Shown one piece after another: positions 1-9,600 of a DNA stretch of 64,000 nt (positions within the stretch are counted from its first letter, which is position 1; each line of letters opens with the position of its first letter). This DNA comes from an uncultured Methanosarcinales archaeon. GTDB lineage: Archaea > Nanobdellota > Nanobdellia > Woesearchaeales > GW2011-AR15. Both the position numbers and the translations under genes were made by a program. The DNA lies in contig CAYRXW010000003.1 of NCBI GenBank assembly GCA_964428335.1, positions 150,368 through 214,367 on the forward strand. Reading direction: 5' to 3'. The notes beneath the pieces were generated by a model. It did no database searches and was not told the origin of the DNA. It worked only from the letters and a program-made list of their open reading frames with translations.

Positions 1-2727
1 GCAAACCTAGAAAAGGTAACAATAAATGAAAACTATGCAAAGCAGGTTTCAGATTACCTGATAAGATGCCAGTTCATGTTTGAAGACAATGGGAAGGATA
101 AAACAAGATGCTATGAAATGAATGTTGAAACAGGACAGGTAAAAATAAGTGAGACTGAAATAAAGAAAGCACTGGATGAAATAAGAAAAGAGGGTTATAT
201 AAATGAGCCTGGGGACTGCGATGAGCTATGCATTGACAGGGCAAGATGGCTAAAGGGATTATGGAGGCTAAAATTTGAAGATAATGTTATAGAGCCAAAT
301 ACTCCTTTATACATGTGCGAACAGGATACACTGATAGGAGAGACAATATACCTTTCAAGAAAAGAGCAGCATAATGCATGCAAAACTGCAGCCAATACTG
401 AACATAAGCTAGGGATGAGAGTAAAAGATTTCTACATGGAGCAAAAATACGGAAACATGGACAATGTTAACAGGTTTATTCACGGATACAGGCCAAGCAT
501 ACTTTACTATGAAGTTGCTGATGAATCAATAACTGAAGATTTTGAACAGGGTTTATATGAATGGGACTGGGATGAAGTAATATTATGGGAAACTGTCTTT
601 TTTGCATTTGATTTCATGCCAGGGGGAAGCGAGATACTGGAGTTTGTCGGAAAAGCAGTAGGGAAAAATGTTGCTAAAGGAGCAGAGAAAGAAGCTGCTA
701 AGGAATGGATAAAACCATGGATAAAAAAGTTTGTTGAAAACATACCTTTAGGAAAAGATTTTATTGAAACTTTAAGAGGAATCAGAGATTCATTCAGGAC
801 ATTCAATGATTTTTTGGATGAATTGTTCTTGAAATTAAGGCTTGCACCATATAATGCCCTTCTATCAGTTATAGATAGTAAAATAGGTAAAGCTTCAGCA
901 GATAACTTATTAAGACAATATGGGCAGGAATTCTTCGAGAAAAGATTATTTATCAATAATGCAGGTGTTGATTTAATTGAACCTTTTACAAAAAGTCTTG
1001 GCTCAGATTTAACAAGTGAAGTAAAAAATGCTGCAAAGGAAAGCCTGCAGAAAAAATACAGCCAAATACTTGAGGAAGAATTAAAAAATGTTCTAGGCAG
1101 CTCTGAAACAAGAGTACTAACAAAGCAAGAAACTGATATAATCTATTCTAGGCTAAATAGCAGAATTGCAGATTTAAAATCATCTTTGACTGGAATATTA
1201 CCTGAAGAAAAATTAATTTCAATATCTAGCTCAACTTTTATGAATATTAATAAACCTATTTCCGAAGGTCTTGAAGGCTTTTCAATGAGAGGATACAGGC
1301 AATATGTGAAAAGAAATTTAAGGATTATGGGAAGATTCTTAAATTATGTTCAAAGGCCGCTCACAGATCTTACAGATGAGGAAGCAAAAGTAGTTTTAAA
1401 GGAAATTATAGATGATAATCATAAAAGATTATTTAAGGATTTAAACCCAAGGGATACTTTAAGTTTTTTTAGAAAATACGGAACAGATCCTGAAGTTTTA
1501 GAAAAAGAATTTACTTCAAATTTAAATAATGAGGAGCTTGCTAATCTAAAAAAAGTTGCTGAGCAGTTTGGACCAGGTGTTCAAATGTATGATGATTTAG
1601 AAAGATATTACAGGAATAAGCTTAGAGGTGCAGACAGAAAAAGGACTCTTCTTTTAGCTGCTATGTGGATGGTAAGCGCTAAAATGGAAAGTGATTCAGA
1701 GATATTTCATCCTGTAGGCACAAATGCCTTTGGATATAAAAATGCAATCAGTACTCCTGTAATATTTGACGATTCAATGAGAAAGTTCTGGAACTATGAA
1801 TCAGATGAAAGCAAGTATGAAGATTTCTTCAAGCACTATGGAAACAGTAAGCTGGAAGTAGTGGATGAAAAGACAAAAAACACTGAAGAAGAAGAGGATA
1901 CAATCTCTGTTTACGAGACAGAAGCATACCAGGGAAATATTCCAGAACTTTACAATTATTTTGTCGCACTTGAGAAAGACAATAAAGAGATGAATATTTT
2001 TGACCAAAAGCCTGAAAGATTTTATTTAATTGCTCCATGTAAGGCAGATTTGGATGTAAAAATAACACATGTTGAATGCTATGGCAAGCCTTCTCCTGAC
2101 ATTGATGAGACAAGCCTTATTAACAGCTTTTTAGGGAGATACCCAACTTATGAATCAGGAGAAACAAACCCTATTACAGGGGAATTTGTAGAATTTTATG
2201 ATGGGACAAATAAGATGCTTTACAGCCTAGATGATAACGGAGAACCTGTAAAACACTGTTATAACAATGCATGGGCAAAGTTTACCTCTGGTGTTGATAT
2301 AACTGATGGGACAATAAATCCTTTTGAAGAAACCTATTCACCGGTTACAATTACAGTAAATCCTTCGTTAGACAGAGATAAAGTGCCAAATTATTGCTAT
2401 GCTGGTTATGATGGAAAAGAAGCAGTCATCTGGGCGACTTTGAATGTAGGTTTCCCGCTTTTAGGAACTGTTGGCGGAGGGCTTACATGCTCAGCAGTAA
2501 CAGCAGTCGCTACAGGAGGAGCAGGTGTTGCCGCTGCTCCTATATGCCTTGCTGCAGGAAATTTGGCAGGAGGCATTATAGGCGGGCTTATATATGAAGG
2601 ATTGGAAGCAGGATATATGGGTGGAAGGATACACTGGCCTTTCCACACCCAGTCATATAATGACAGGAGTACAGCAGGAATAGTTACAGATGTTTTGGAT
2701 GGAAAAGAAAATGAACAAGGCCCTTAA
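1..2727 (+). CDS. Large hypothetical protein, 5'-partial (reading frame open to window start). C-terminal Gly/Ala-rich hydrophobic glycine-zipper-like segment.
   Basis: Frame 1 is open from nt 1 through the annotated ATG at 76, so the gene probably begins upstream of the window. C-terminus GGGLTCSAVTAVATGGAGVAAAPICLAAGNLAGGIIGGLIY is glycine-zipper/TM-like. No recognisable catalytic motif. Confidence 0.45.
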   Translation, partial: ANLEKVTINENYAKQVSDYLIRCQFMFEDNGKDKTRCYEMNVETGQVKISETEIKKALDEIRKEGYINEPGDCDELCIDRARWLKGLWRLKFEDNVIEPNTPLYMCEQDTLIGETIYLSRKEQHNACKTAANTEHKLGMRVKDFYMEQKYGNMDNVNRFIHGYRPSILYYEVADESITEDFEQGLYEWDWDEVILWETVFFAFDFMPGGSEILEFVGKAVGKNVAKGAEKEAAKEWIKPWIKKFVENIPLGKDFIETLRGIRDSFRTFNDFLDELFLKLRLAPYNALLSVIDSKIGKASADNLLRQYGQEFFEKRLFINNAGVDLIEPFTKSLGSDLTSEVKNAAKESLQKKYSQILEEELKNVLGSSETRVLTKQETDIIYSRLNSRIADLKSSLTGILPEEKLISISSSTFMNINKPISEGLEGFSMRGYRQYVKRNLRIMGRFLNYVQRPLTDLTDEEAKVVLKEIIDDNHKRLFKDLNPRDTLSFFRKYGTDPEVLEKEFTSNLNNEELANLKKVAEQFGPGVQMYDDLERYYRNKLRGADRKRTLLLAAMWMVSAKMESDSEIFHPVGTNAFGYKNAISTPVIFDDSMRKFWNYESDESKYEDFFKHYGNSKLEVVDEKTKNTEEEEDTISVYETEAYQGNIPELYNYFVALEKDNKEMNIFDQKPERFYLIAPCKADLDVKITHVECYGKPSPDIDETSLINSFLGRYPTYESGETNPITGEFVEFYDGTNKMLYSLDDNGEPVKHCYNNAWAKFTSGVDITDGTINPFEETYSPVTITVNPSLDRDKVPNYCYAGYDGKEAVIWATLNVGFPLLGTVGGGLTCSAVTAVATGGAGVAAAPICLAAGNLAGGIIGGLIYEGLEAGYMGGRIHWPFHTQSYNDRSTAGIVTDVLDGKENEQGP

Positions 2728-3367
2728 GATAACACTGATTGCACTTTCTGTAATAGTTTTGCTAGTTTTAGTTCTGTTCCTTTATGACAATATAAAACCA
2801 AAGGTCTACACTTCAAATTATTACTCAGAAGAACCTGAAAAATGGGTTGAGGAAACTCCATATGATAACATTGAGGATAATTACGCTGTAAATGTCCAGA
2901 AAGCCACAAGGGGAAAAGGAAGCTTTGAAACATATAAACTTGAATACATGGATAGTGGTGTCAATACAATATTCTTGAGAGGGTTTTACAACGGGACAGC
3001 ATTCACTTTCAGGATAAATAACACAATAAGCCTGGATAATGAATTAATACCCAATGATGGCATCCCTGAAGGATTTATACTAATGAAAAAAGAGGAAGAA
3101 AAATTTAATTTCTATATCTATATTGATGAGGACTGGAAAAAAAAAATCAAAACAAACATCCTTTGGTCAGACGATTTTGAAAAAGGGATAAGCGAAAAGC
3201 AGTTTGATTTTTCAGGCGGGAAAAACGGGATATATATTGAAAAAATTGAAAATCTGGAATGGTTCAAGAAGAGTCCAAGAACCGGTGGAATCTATGTTGG
3301 AGACTTAACAAAGGATAACTATAAGACACAGAATGTAAGCGGGAAGACTTTCATGTATGCAAGGTGA
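2711..3367 (+). CDS. Membrane-anchored hypothetical protein (N-terminal signal anchor)
   Basis: Internal start MNKALKITLIALSVIVLLVLVLFLY is more plausible than the ORF-track start at 2690. Single N-terminal TM. No known motif. Confidence 0.45.
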   Translation: MNKALKITLIALSVIVLLVLVLFLYDNIKPKVYTSNYYSEEPEKWVEETPYDNIEDNYAVNVQKATRGKGSFETYKLEYMDSGVNTIFLRGFYNGTAFTFRINNTISLDNELIPNDGIPEGFILMKKEEEKFNFYIYIDEDWKKKIKTNILWSDDFEKGISEKQFDFSGGKNGIYIEKIENLEWFKKSPRTGGIYVGDLTKDNYKTQNVSGKTFMYAR

Positions 3368-3370
3368 TTA

Positions 3371-3670
3371 TTGATGAATAAAAAAGGGATGGAACTTGAA
3401 TATGTTGTAAAAGCCATATTGGCTTTGCTTGTGCTGGCTGTAATTGCAGGCCTTCTGTATTTCTTTGTTGTAAAAAAAGCAGGAGGAGGAATAGGCACTG
3501 TGACTGACACAACAACAGAAGAAGGGGACGGTGTTTTAGATAAGCTAAGGGATTTACTTGGGAATTCATGTGATAATGGCGCAACTAAATGCAGCCTTTC
3601 AGGCAAAGAGATGACATGCGAAGACGGCAAATGGGTTATTGGGGAGGATCCTTGTGAATCGGAAAGCTGA
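3371..3670 (+). CDS. Small type-IV-pilin-like protein (class III signal peptide) with Cys-rich C-terminus
   Basis: N-terminus MMNKKG/MELEYVVKAILALLVLAVIAGLL has a short basic leader, Gly at -1, acidic residues just after the putative cleavage site, then a ~20-aa hydrophobic helix. Confidence 0.45.
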   Translation: MMNKKGMELEYVVKAILALLVLAVIAGLLYFFVVKKAGGGIGTVTDTTTEEGDGVLDKLRDLLGNSCDNGATKCSLSGKEMTCEDGKWVIGEDPCESES

Positions 3671-4115
3671 GGAGATTGCAGGTAAGGTGCTTGTTGAAAT
3701 ATTGATTTTTGTAATCATATTTTTTGTTGCACTCCAGATAGGCTCAAAAGTATGGCAGCTCTACATATCAAAGCCGCAGGAAGTTACAGCAAGCTCCATG
3801 TATCTTCTGCAGAAGCACATAAAATATTTTGATGGGACACCAGATACGTTTGCATTACAGGTACATAAAAAGCATACGATTGAAGGTTTTGATGCAGATT
3901 CAGGCAATAAACCAGGTTCATGCGAAGGAAGCTGCATATGCATGTGCAATGGCGAATGCTGTCCTGATAATGAATGCAGCAAAGTCATAAAATGCGTTGA
4001 AGCATTTGATTCAAAAGGGGAAAGTGTAGGATTAAGTTATCCTTTCCTTGTTACTTCAACAGAACCAAAGAATTACCTATTGACAGAATCAGACGATAAG
4101 CTTGTTATAGAATGA
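3639..4115 (+). CDS. Pilin-like protein with Cys-rich C-terminal domain
   Basis: N-terminus RKAEEIAG/KVLVEILIFVIIFFVAL has Glu at +5 after Gly and a hydrophobic helix. CxC-rich tail (CEGSCICMCNGECCPDNEC). Start codon uncertain; overlaps the previous ORF. Confidence 0.4.
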   Translation: MGRILVNRKAEEIAGKVLVEILIFVIIFFVALQIGSKVWQLYISKPQEVTASSMYLLQKHIKYFDGTPDTFALQVHKKHTIEGFDADSGNKPGSCEGSCICMCNGECCPDNECSKVIKCVEAFDSKGESVGLSYPFLVTSTEPKNYLLTESDDKLVIE

Positions 4116-4555
4116 ATAAAAGAGGGGAATTGGAAGTAGAACTTATCTTTTTTATAGACTTAATCATACTTGTAGCTGTTTTCATCGCATTCCTTAATGG
4201 CATAATTGCAGTAGGCCAGAATACGGATTTTAAGATGAAATTTTCTGCAAAAAATGCAGCACTTATGGCAGATTCTGTTGCAACTTCCCCTTATCCGATG
4301 CATCTTTACTATAATGAAAATACTTATGGATATGATTTTTCATTCAAGAAAGAATATGTCGAAGTGATTGATAACTTCCAGAAAGCAACATATCCATATA
4401 TTCCAGACATAAACAAGCAGTTTGAGGAAAAAACAATCTACCCTATTGAGATTGAAGACAAGGAAACTGAGAAGACAACGCCAATAGTTTTTGTATCAGA
4501 CAGAAAGAACCTTGGTTTCATTGCAGCGATACCTTCAGGTGAGAAAAGTGAATAA
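4112..4555 (+). CDS. Pilin-like protein (class III signal peptide)
   Basis: MNKRG/ELEVELIFFIDLIILVAVFIAFL is a basic leader followed by G, then E at +1/+3/+5 and a hydrophobic helix. Start overlaps the upstream gene by 4 nt (operon). Confidence 0.45.
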   Translation: MNKRGELEVELIFFIDLIILVAVFIAFLNGIIAVGQNTDFKMKFSAKNAALMADSVATSPYPMHLYYNENTYGYDFSFKKEYVEVIDNFQKATYPYIPDINKQFEEKTIYPIEIEDKETEKTTPIVFVSDRKNLGFIAAIPSGEKSE

Positions 4556-4565
4556 AAAAGCCCAG

Positions 4566-5045
4566 ATGTTCAAGGCTTTCTGGTACTATATGATAAGGGT
4601 GCCTATAATCATTTTATTATTTGGGCTTTTCATGTATTTCTCAGGAGGTCTCCAGAACCAGGCTCTTGCCAGCCCGAATGTAAGGGAAAAAATAATAGTG
4701 AACAGGCTTTTTTTCTCAGCAAACTCGATTTCTTATGTTGATGAAACTATAGGGAAAGTCTACCCCGGCATAATAGACATTGAAAAATTTGAAAACAATG
4801 TTCTGGATGCATCATTTTTTACAAGGGAAAACAAAGCAGCTGCTGCGAAACTTGACCTGATCAATCTTGACACAAACGAAACAAAGGAAGCCTACATCAA
4901 TAAGGACCTTTATGACAGGTGGAAAAATTATGTGAAATTTGAGCAGTACAGCAGCGTGAAAGACCAGTTTTATGTACTGATAAAAGACGGAGATAATCAG
5001 TACAGCGGATTATTAAAAGTAAACGTGTTGATGCATAATGGGTAG
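4566..5045 (+). CDS. Membrane protein, possible minor pilin-like
   Basis: An internal Met start (MFKAFWYYMIRVPIIILLFGLFMYF) avoids overlap with the upstream gene. N-terminal TM helix. Confidence 0.4.
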   Translation: MFKAFWYYMIRVPIIILLFGLFMYFSGGLQNQALASPNVREKIIVNRLFFSANSISYVDETIGKVYPGIIDIEKFENNVLDASFFTRENKAAAAKLDLINLDTNETKEAYINKDLYDRWKNYVKFEQYSSVKDQFYVLIKDGDNQYSGLLKVNVLMHNG

Positions 5046-5460
5046 AGGGTTTTTTTTGTTAAGCTATTATGACCTTGTTGCAATGATACTTCTGATACTA
5101 ATAGTCCCATTCTGGATAATGGTATTAAAGTCCCCTGGCAACAGGTCTGCAGAGATAACAGAAGAAATAACCTATATTGAAGATGACTTGATTCTTATTA
5201 ACATACTAAAAACCAGGCATGAAAATAAGCTTATACTTGATTATGTGATTGAAAAAGATGAGACAATTAAAGAAAATATCCAGCAGATACTTGAAAAAAG
5301 CTATGGGAAAGTATGCTTTGAACTAAAACTGAATAATGAGATATTCATAAAGGAAAAATGCAATATATTCCAGAAAGACGATGTCCTCAGGTCAAGCGTT
5401 TTAGTCCCTTCTGAAACACCAATAAAAATAGAATTAACCTTACCGGGGTACAGGGAATGA
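5038..5460 (+). CDS. Pilin-like/membrane protein
   Basis: MGRG/FFLLSYYDLVAMILLILIVPFWIMVL has a short leader and a hydrophobic helix with Asp. Confidence 0.4.
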   Translation: MGRGFFLLSYYDLVAMILLILIVPFWIMVLKSPGNRSAEITEEITYIEDDLILINILKTRHENKLILDYVIEKDETIKENIQQILEKSYGKVCFELKLNNEIFIKEKCNIFQKDDVLRSSVLVPSETPIKIELTLPGYRE

Positions 5461-6602
5461 AAGGAAACATACTTATGATTGGCCTTGTAGTTGTTTTCTT
5501 CCTTGTCGTGCTTGTAGGGCTTTATATACAGGTGACAAATAAGGCAAATGATTTTGAGGAAGCAATAGGAAGCCACCAGTCAAAGGTCCTGAATGCATAT
5601 AAAGATGGAGAAAAAGCCCTCTTTTTCATAGAGCTTGCAGGCAGGAATTCTTTTTATGAATCCTTTGAAAAACTAGATACAGAATGCGGAAATTATGAGG
5701 GAGTGCCTCTGTTAAATTCCGAAAGCAAAAGTTGCATGAATGAGATATTTGAAGCGACAGTTGATGGAACAAACAAAAAAACAGAAAAGTTCACAGAACA
5801 AATGCCAAAAATTGATTATGACATAAAAATAGGTGACAAAGGAATATTTTTTTTCGCAAAGAATTCCCTGAGAATGGACATTGGCGGAAAATATAATTTT
5901 GAAATTTCAAAAGCACCAGAATTCAAGAAAACAGAGCCTGAAACTCCGGAACCATCAGTGCCAATAGAAGAGCCCATTGAGAGTCCTGTCCAGCCACCTA
6001 CAACGCCTGTTCAGGGTGGAAGCGGAGGCAAATGTGGATTTATTGCAGATTATGCAAAGCAGTATGTTGCTGCACAATGTCCTTATTCCCTTAGCCTAAT
6101 TTATGGCGCAACTCCACAGACATGCCACGAGAAACCTTTGACATGTGCAACTTTTGTAGCTTCATTATATTACTATACTTTTGGTGAATGGATATATGGC
6201 AATGGAAATACAAAATGTACAGATGGAAAGGTTGTTCCTATGGGAAATAATCCAAACAGCCTTGCTTTCATTAACAAAAACACAGGAAAATCAATTTCAA
6301 CATCGCTTCAGCCAGGAGATATATTCCAGGCTGACCTTATCTCATCAAGAACCGGCCAGCCTACTGCATGGGGACACACAGGAATCTATGTTGGCAGGGG
6401 ATACCTAGACTTAGGTTCATATGATGGTCCATATTGTTTCAGGAGCTATAAGCCGGATGAAAAAGGCAACCTTATATTTGCGCATTCTTACGGATGGCAG
6501 GACTATGGGCAGCCAGGTGTATGTTTTTCAGATTATAAGAACCTATTTGGTGGCGGACAGATAATACCGACAAACTTCTGCAGGTACAGGGGATGCGCAT
6601 GA
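5457..6602 (+). CDS. Pilin-like N-terminus fused to an NlpC/P60-CHAP superfamily (papain-fold) cysteine peptidase domain
   Basis: N-terminus MKG/NILMIGLVVVFFLVVLVGLYI. C-terminal domain has Cys in LTCATFVASLYYYTF and the downstream motif QPGDIFQADLISS...WGHTGIYVGRG, which matches the NlpC/P60 pattern (PGD...hH.GIY.G). Confidence 0.55.
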   Translation: MKGNILMIGLVVVFFLVVLVGLYIQVTNKANDFEEAIGSHQSKVLNAYKDGEKALFFIELAGRNSFYESFEKLDTECGNYEGVPLLNSESKSCMNEIFEATVDGTNKKTEKFTEQMPKIDYDIKIGDKGIFFFAKNSLRMDIGGKYNFEISKAPEFKKTEPETPEPSVPIEEPIESPVQPPTTPVQGGSGGKCGFIADYAKQYVAAQCPYSLSLIYGATPQTCHEKPLTCATFVASLYYYTFGEWIYGNGNTKCTDGKVVPMGNNPNSLAFINKNTGKSISTSLQPGDIFQADLISSRTGQPTAWGHTGIYVGRGYLDLGSYDGPYCFRSYKPDEKGNLIFAHSYGWQDYGQPGVCFSDYKNLFGGGQIIPTNFCRYRGCA

Positions 6603-9600
6603 AAAAAATAATTATACTTTTTTTCCTGCTTCTGCCATTTGCGCATGCTGAACTGCTTGTAAACTTTGGTGAAAGAATAAGTTCAATAGACCAGATTGAG
6701 AAATCCACTTATTATTATGAGTACTACCTAAGCAGTCCACAGGAATCAGAGTATATTTTTGTATTTCATTATAATGATGAAAAAATCAATAAAAATTCTA
6801 CAAACAGCATGTTCATACTTACAGATATAGATGCAAGCCGGCTTTATAGGATAGACTTACTGAAAAATAACGAGCTTAGGGATTCGGTGCTCACTAACTT
6901 CTGCAACCATGATTCAATATGTGAAAACAACCTTACAAAAGGGATATTTGAAAATGAGCTTACATGTTCAGACTGTGAAAAAAGCGCTAAAGATAACTTC
7001 TGCAATATTGAAGATGATGATATCTGCGACCCTGACTGCATAGGATATAATTATGATGAATTTCCTGGAACGTGCCTTGAAGATTATTTCAGGGCAAATG
7101 AATGCTCAAACTACTGCAGTGAAAATGAGATATGCACATCTGATGTTTTTGTATCAGAATTGGGGTTATGCTGTACAGGAGAATGTGTAAAGAACACTGA
7201 AGATTTTTGCGGGGAATACCTTAATGGGACAATATGCATGGGAAATGAAGCATGTAGCGGGCAGGAAGTTGTTTTCGGGACAGAAGGGAAAACATGCTGC
7301 TACGGAGGAACCTGTGAAGAAGATGAAAATGTTGATTACTATAATATAACTTTGATCAATGATACAGCGGAAACAAAGAACCTAAACATTTATTTTATCA
7401 TTGGGATATTTGCATCCCTTGTAATACTTGTCATCGGGCTTCACTATAAGAACCTGAATATTGTGATTGCATCCAGCCTTTTTTTCATACTTATGCTTAG
7501 CTTTCTTCTTTTGGACGCAAGGAATATAATTACAGGAAAGGCAACCTCCAATACCTTGACACAGGAAGAAATAAACCTCATCATGACCACCCCTTCAGTA
7601 TTCAATTACGGGGGGCAAAGTAATACAAACTTATTTTTGGCATTAAAAAGCATTTCATCAGAATTCAGGAAAAGGAATGTCGAATTTTCCGAGAATCTTA
7701 TGATTGCAACAATAACAACGATGGAGAAGGAAGTGGGTGGGTATGGTTTTTTACCAGTAGAAGAATATGGAGACTATTGTGCAGGACCAACTTCAAAATT
7801 TACTATTGCAGGAAAACACAGGAAAACGCCTTATGATGGAGGATGTGACTACAAAGGAAGAGGGTACATGCAGGTAACTCACTATAGCGGATATCTGAAA
7901 TACTGTGGTCCTGATTGTGTTACAAGAAGTACAGCAGGAAACATACTGGATGAATGCAAATGCAAAGGACTTGCATATTGCTCAGTAAAGGACGAAGCAA
8001 AGTGTCCACCAAATAAAGCACTTAGACCTGAATATGCAGGAAGAATTTTTTCTAATTTTTACATTGGAAAAGGATTACTTGGTCTTGTGGATTCAAAAAA
8101 CTATGTTGAAATAGGTACAAGAATTAACGGCGTTAAGTCTTATGGTATTGATTTTGAGAAAAAAGCTAATGCTAAACATAGTTCATATAATAAAGACCAG
8201 GTAAGAAAACTGCTTGCATATTTTAATCAGAGAAGCATTACAACTCCAAGTGCTCCAACTACACCAACAACTCCAAGCACAGGAACAACTGGAGAAGAAC
8301 CTGTTTCAGTAGATACAACTGTCACAACAGATGTCGCTGATGAGATAATTTCAGGGGATAAGCTTGGATATTATTACTTAAATCCTTCATTCAAAATTGA
8401 GACAGAGCTTTCTTTCATTCCAACTTTGGTTGAGGAAGCAAAAGATTATGAAACATTGAAATCAACACTGGAAAAATATGATAAGGAGGAATTATGGATA
8501 ATCGGCGGATGCGGTGAAATAAAGAAAATTGATGAAGAATCAACAAAATTCATTTTCTGCGTTGATGACGGTGTTAAGAAGATAGAATTTGCACTTGACC
8601 TGGAAGGGAAGATTGAACCAAAGATTACTGAAGCAGAACGGCAGGAAACAGCAGAAGCAGGAACAGGGACACAGACAGAAACAGGAACGCAAACAGAGAC
8701 AAACAGCCAAGAAGAGACAGAAGAAGAAATAACAGAAGGGTTTTCTCAATTATTTTCAGGAATACAATATGGGAAATTTTCAGCAGCAGGACCAATTGTA
8801 TATCATGTCACAAAGATTGATCTGAGGAACCAAAATATAAGGTTTTTAGTGACACCGCAAAACCAGCTTGGGCAACCTACTTCTTCGTTTTTCGCTGCAA
8901 ACAGGCCACAGGTTGCAATTAACGGAGACGAATTCAGGACACTTGGAAGCCCTAAAGGTGTTGCTGTTTCAAACGGGAATGTTTATTCTTCATCAGCAGA
9001 GACAGGAGAACAGACAGTATTTATTTCAACAAAGAACGAAGTAAGCATAGGGAACAAGATTCCACAGGGGACATTAAATGCTGTATCTGGCTCACACGTG
9101 TTCTTAGAGAATGGAGTAGTTCCTGAAAGGATTAGATCATGCTCAAAAATCCCATATTGCAATGATATGCATCCAAGGACTTCAATAGGGGTAAGCCAGG
9201 ATGGAAATACCATGATAATAATCACAGTTGATGGCAGGAGAAGCGACTATAGCATAGGAATCAAGCTCCATAGCAACAATCCATCAGATTTGACCTTGGC
9301 AGAACTTCATCTTGCATTTGGTTCATACAACGCAATAAATCTTGATGGGGGAGGTTCAACAACTCTTGTCATGGAAGGAAAAGGGACAGTAAATAACCCA
9401 ACAGATCCACCTGAAGAATACCTTAATGATGCAGCAAAGAAAGCAGAGCTTATCTACTATGACGGCTTTTTGGTGCACCCAAACAAAAATATATTCAGGG
9501 AGAGGTATGTCTCAAACCATCTTGGGATTTATGCAGCAAAAGTAGCAGCAGCACCTGAAAAAACAAATCAGGAAAGCTGCCTAAGCGATGACATGGATAT

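Noticed and set aside
8640-8705. Tandem nucleotide repeat (acagaaacaggaacgcaaacagagaca-like) in the 6593 gene
   Set aside because: It encodes a GTQTETGTQTET low-complexity linker between domains. It is an ordinary in-frame linker repeat, not an independent element.
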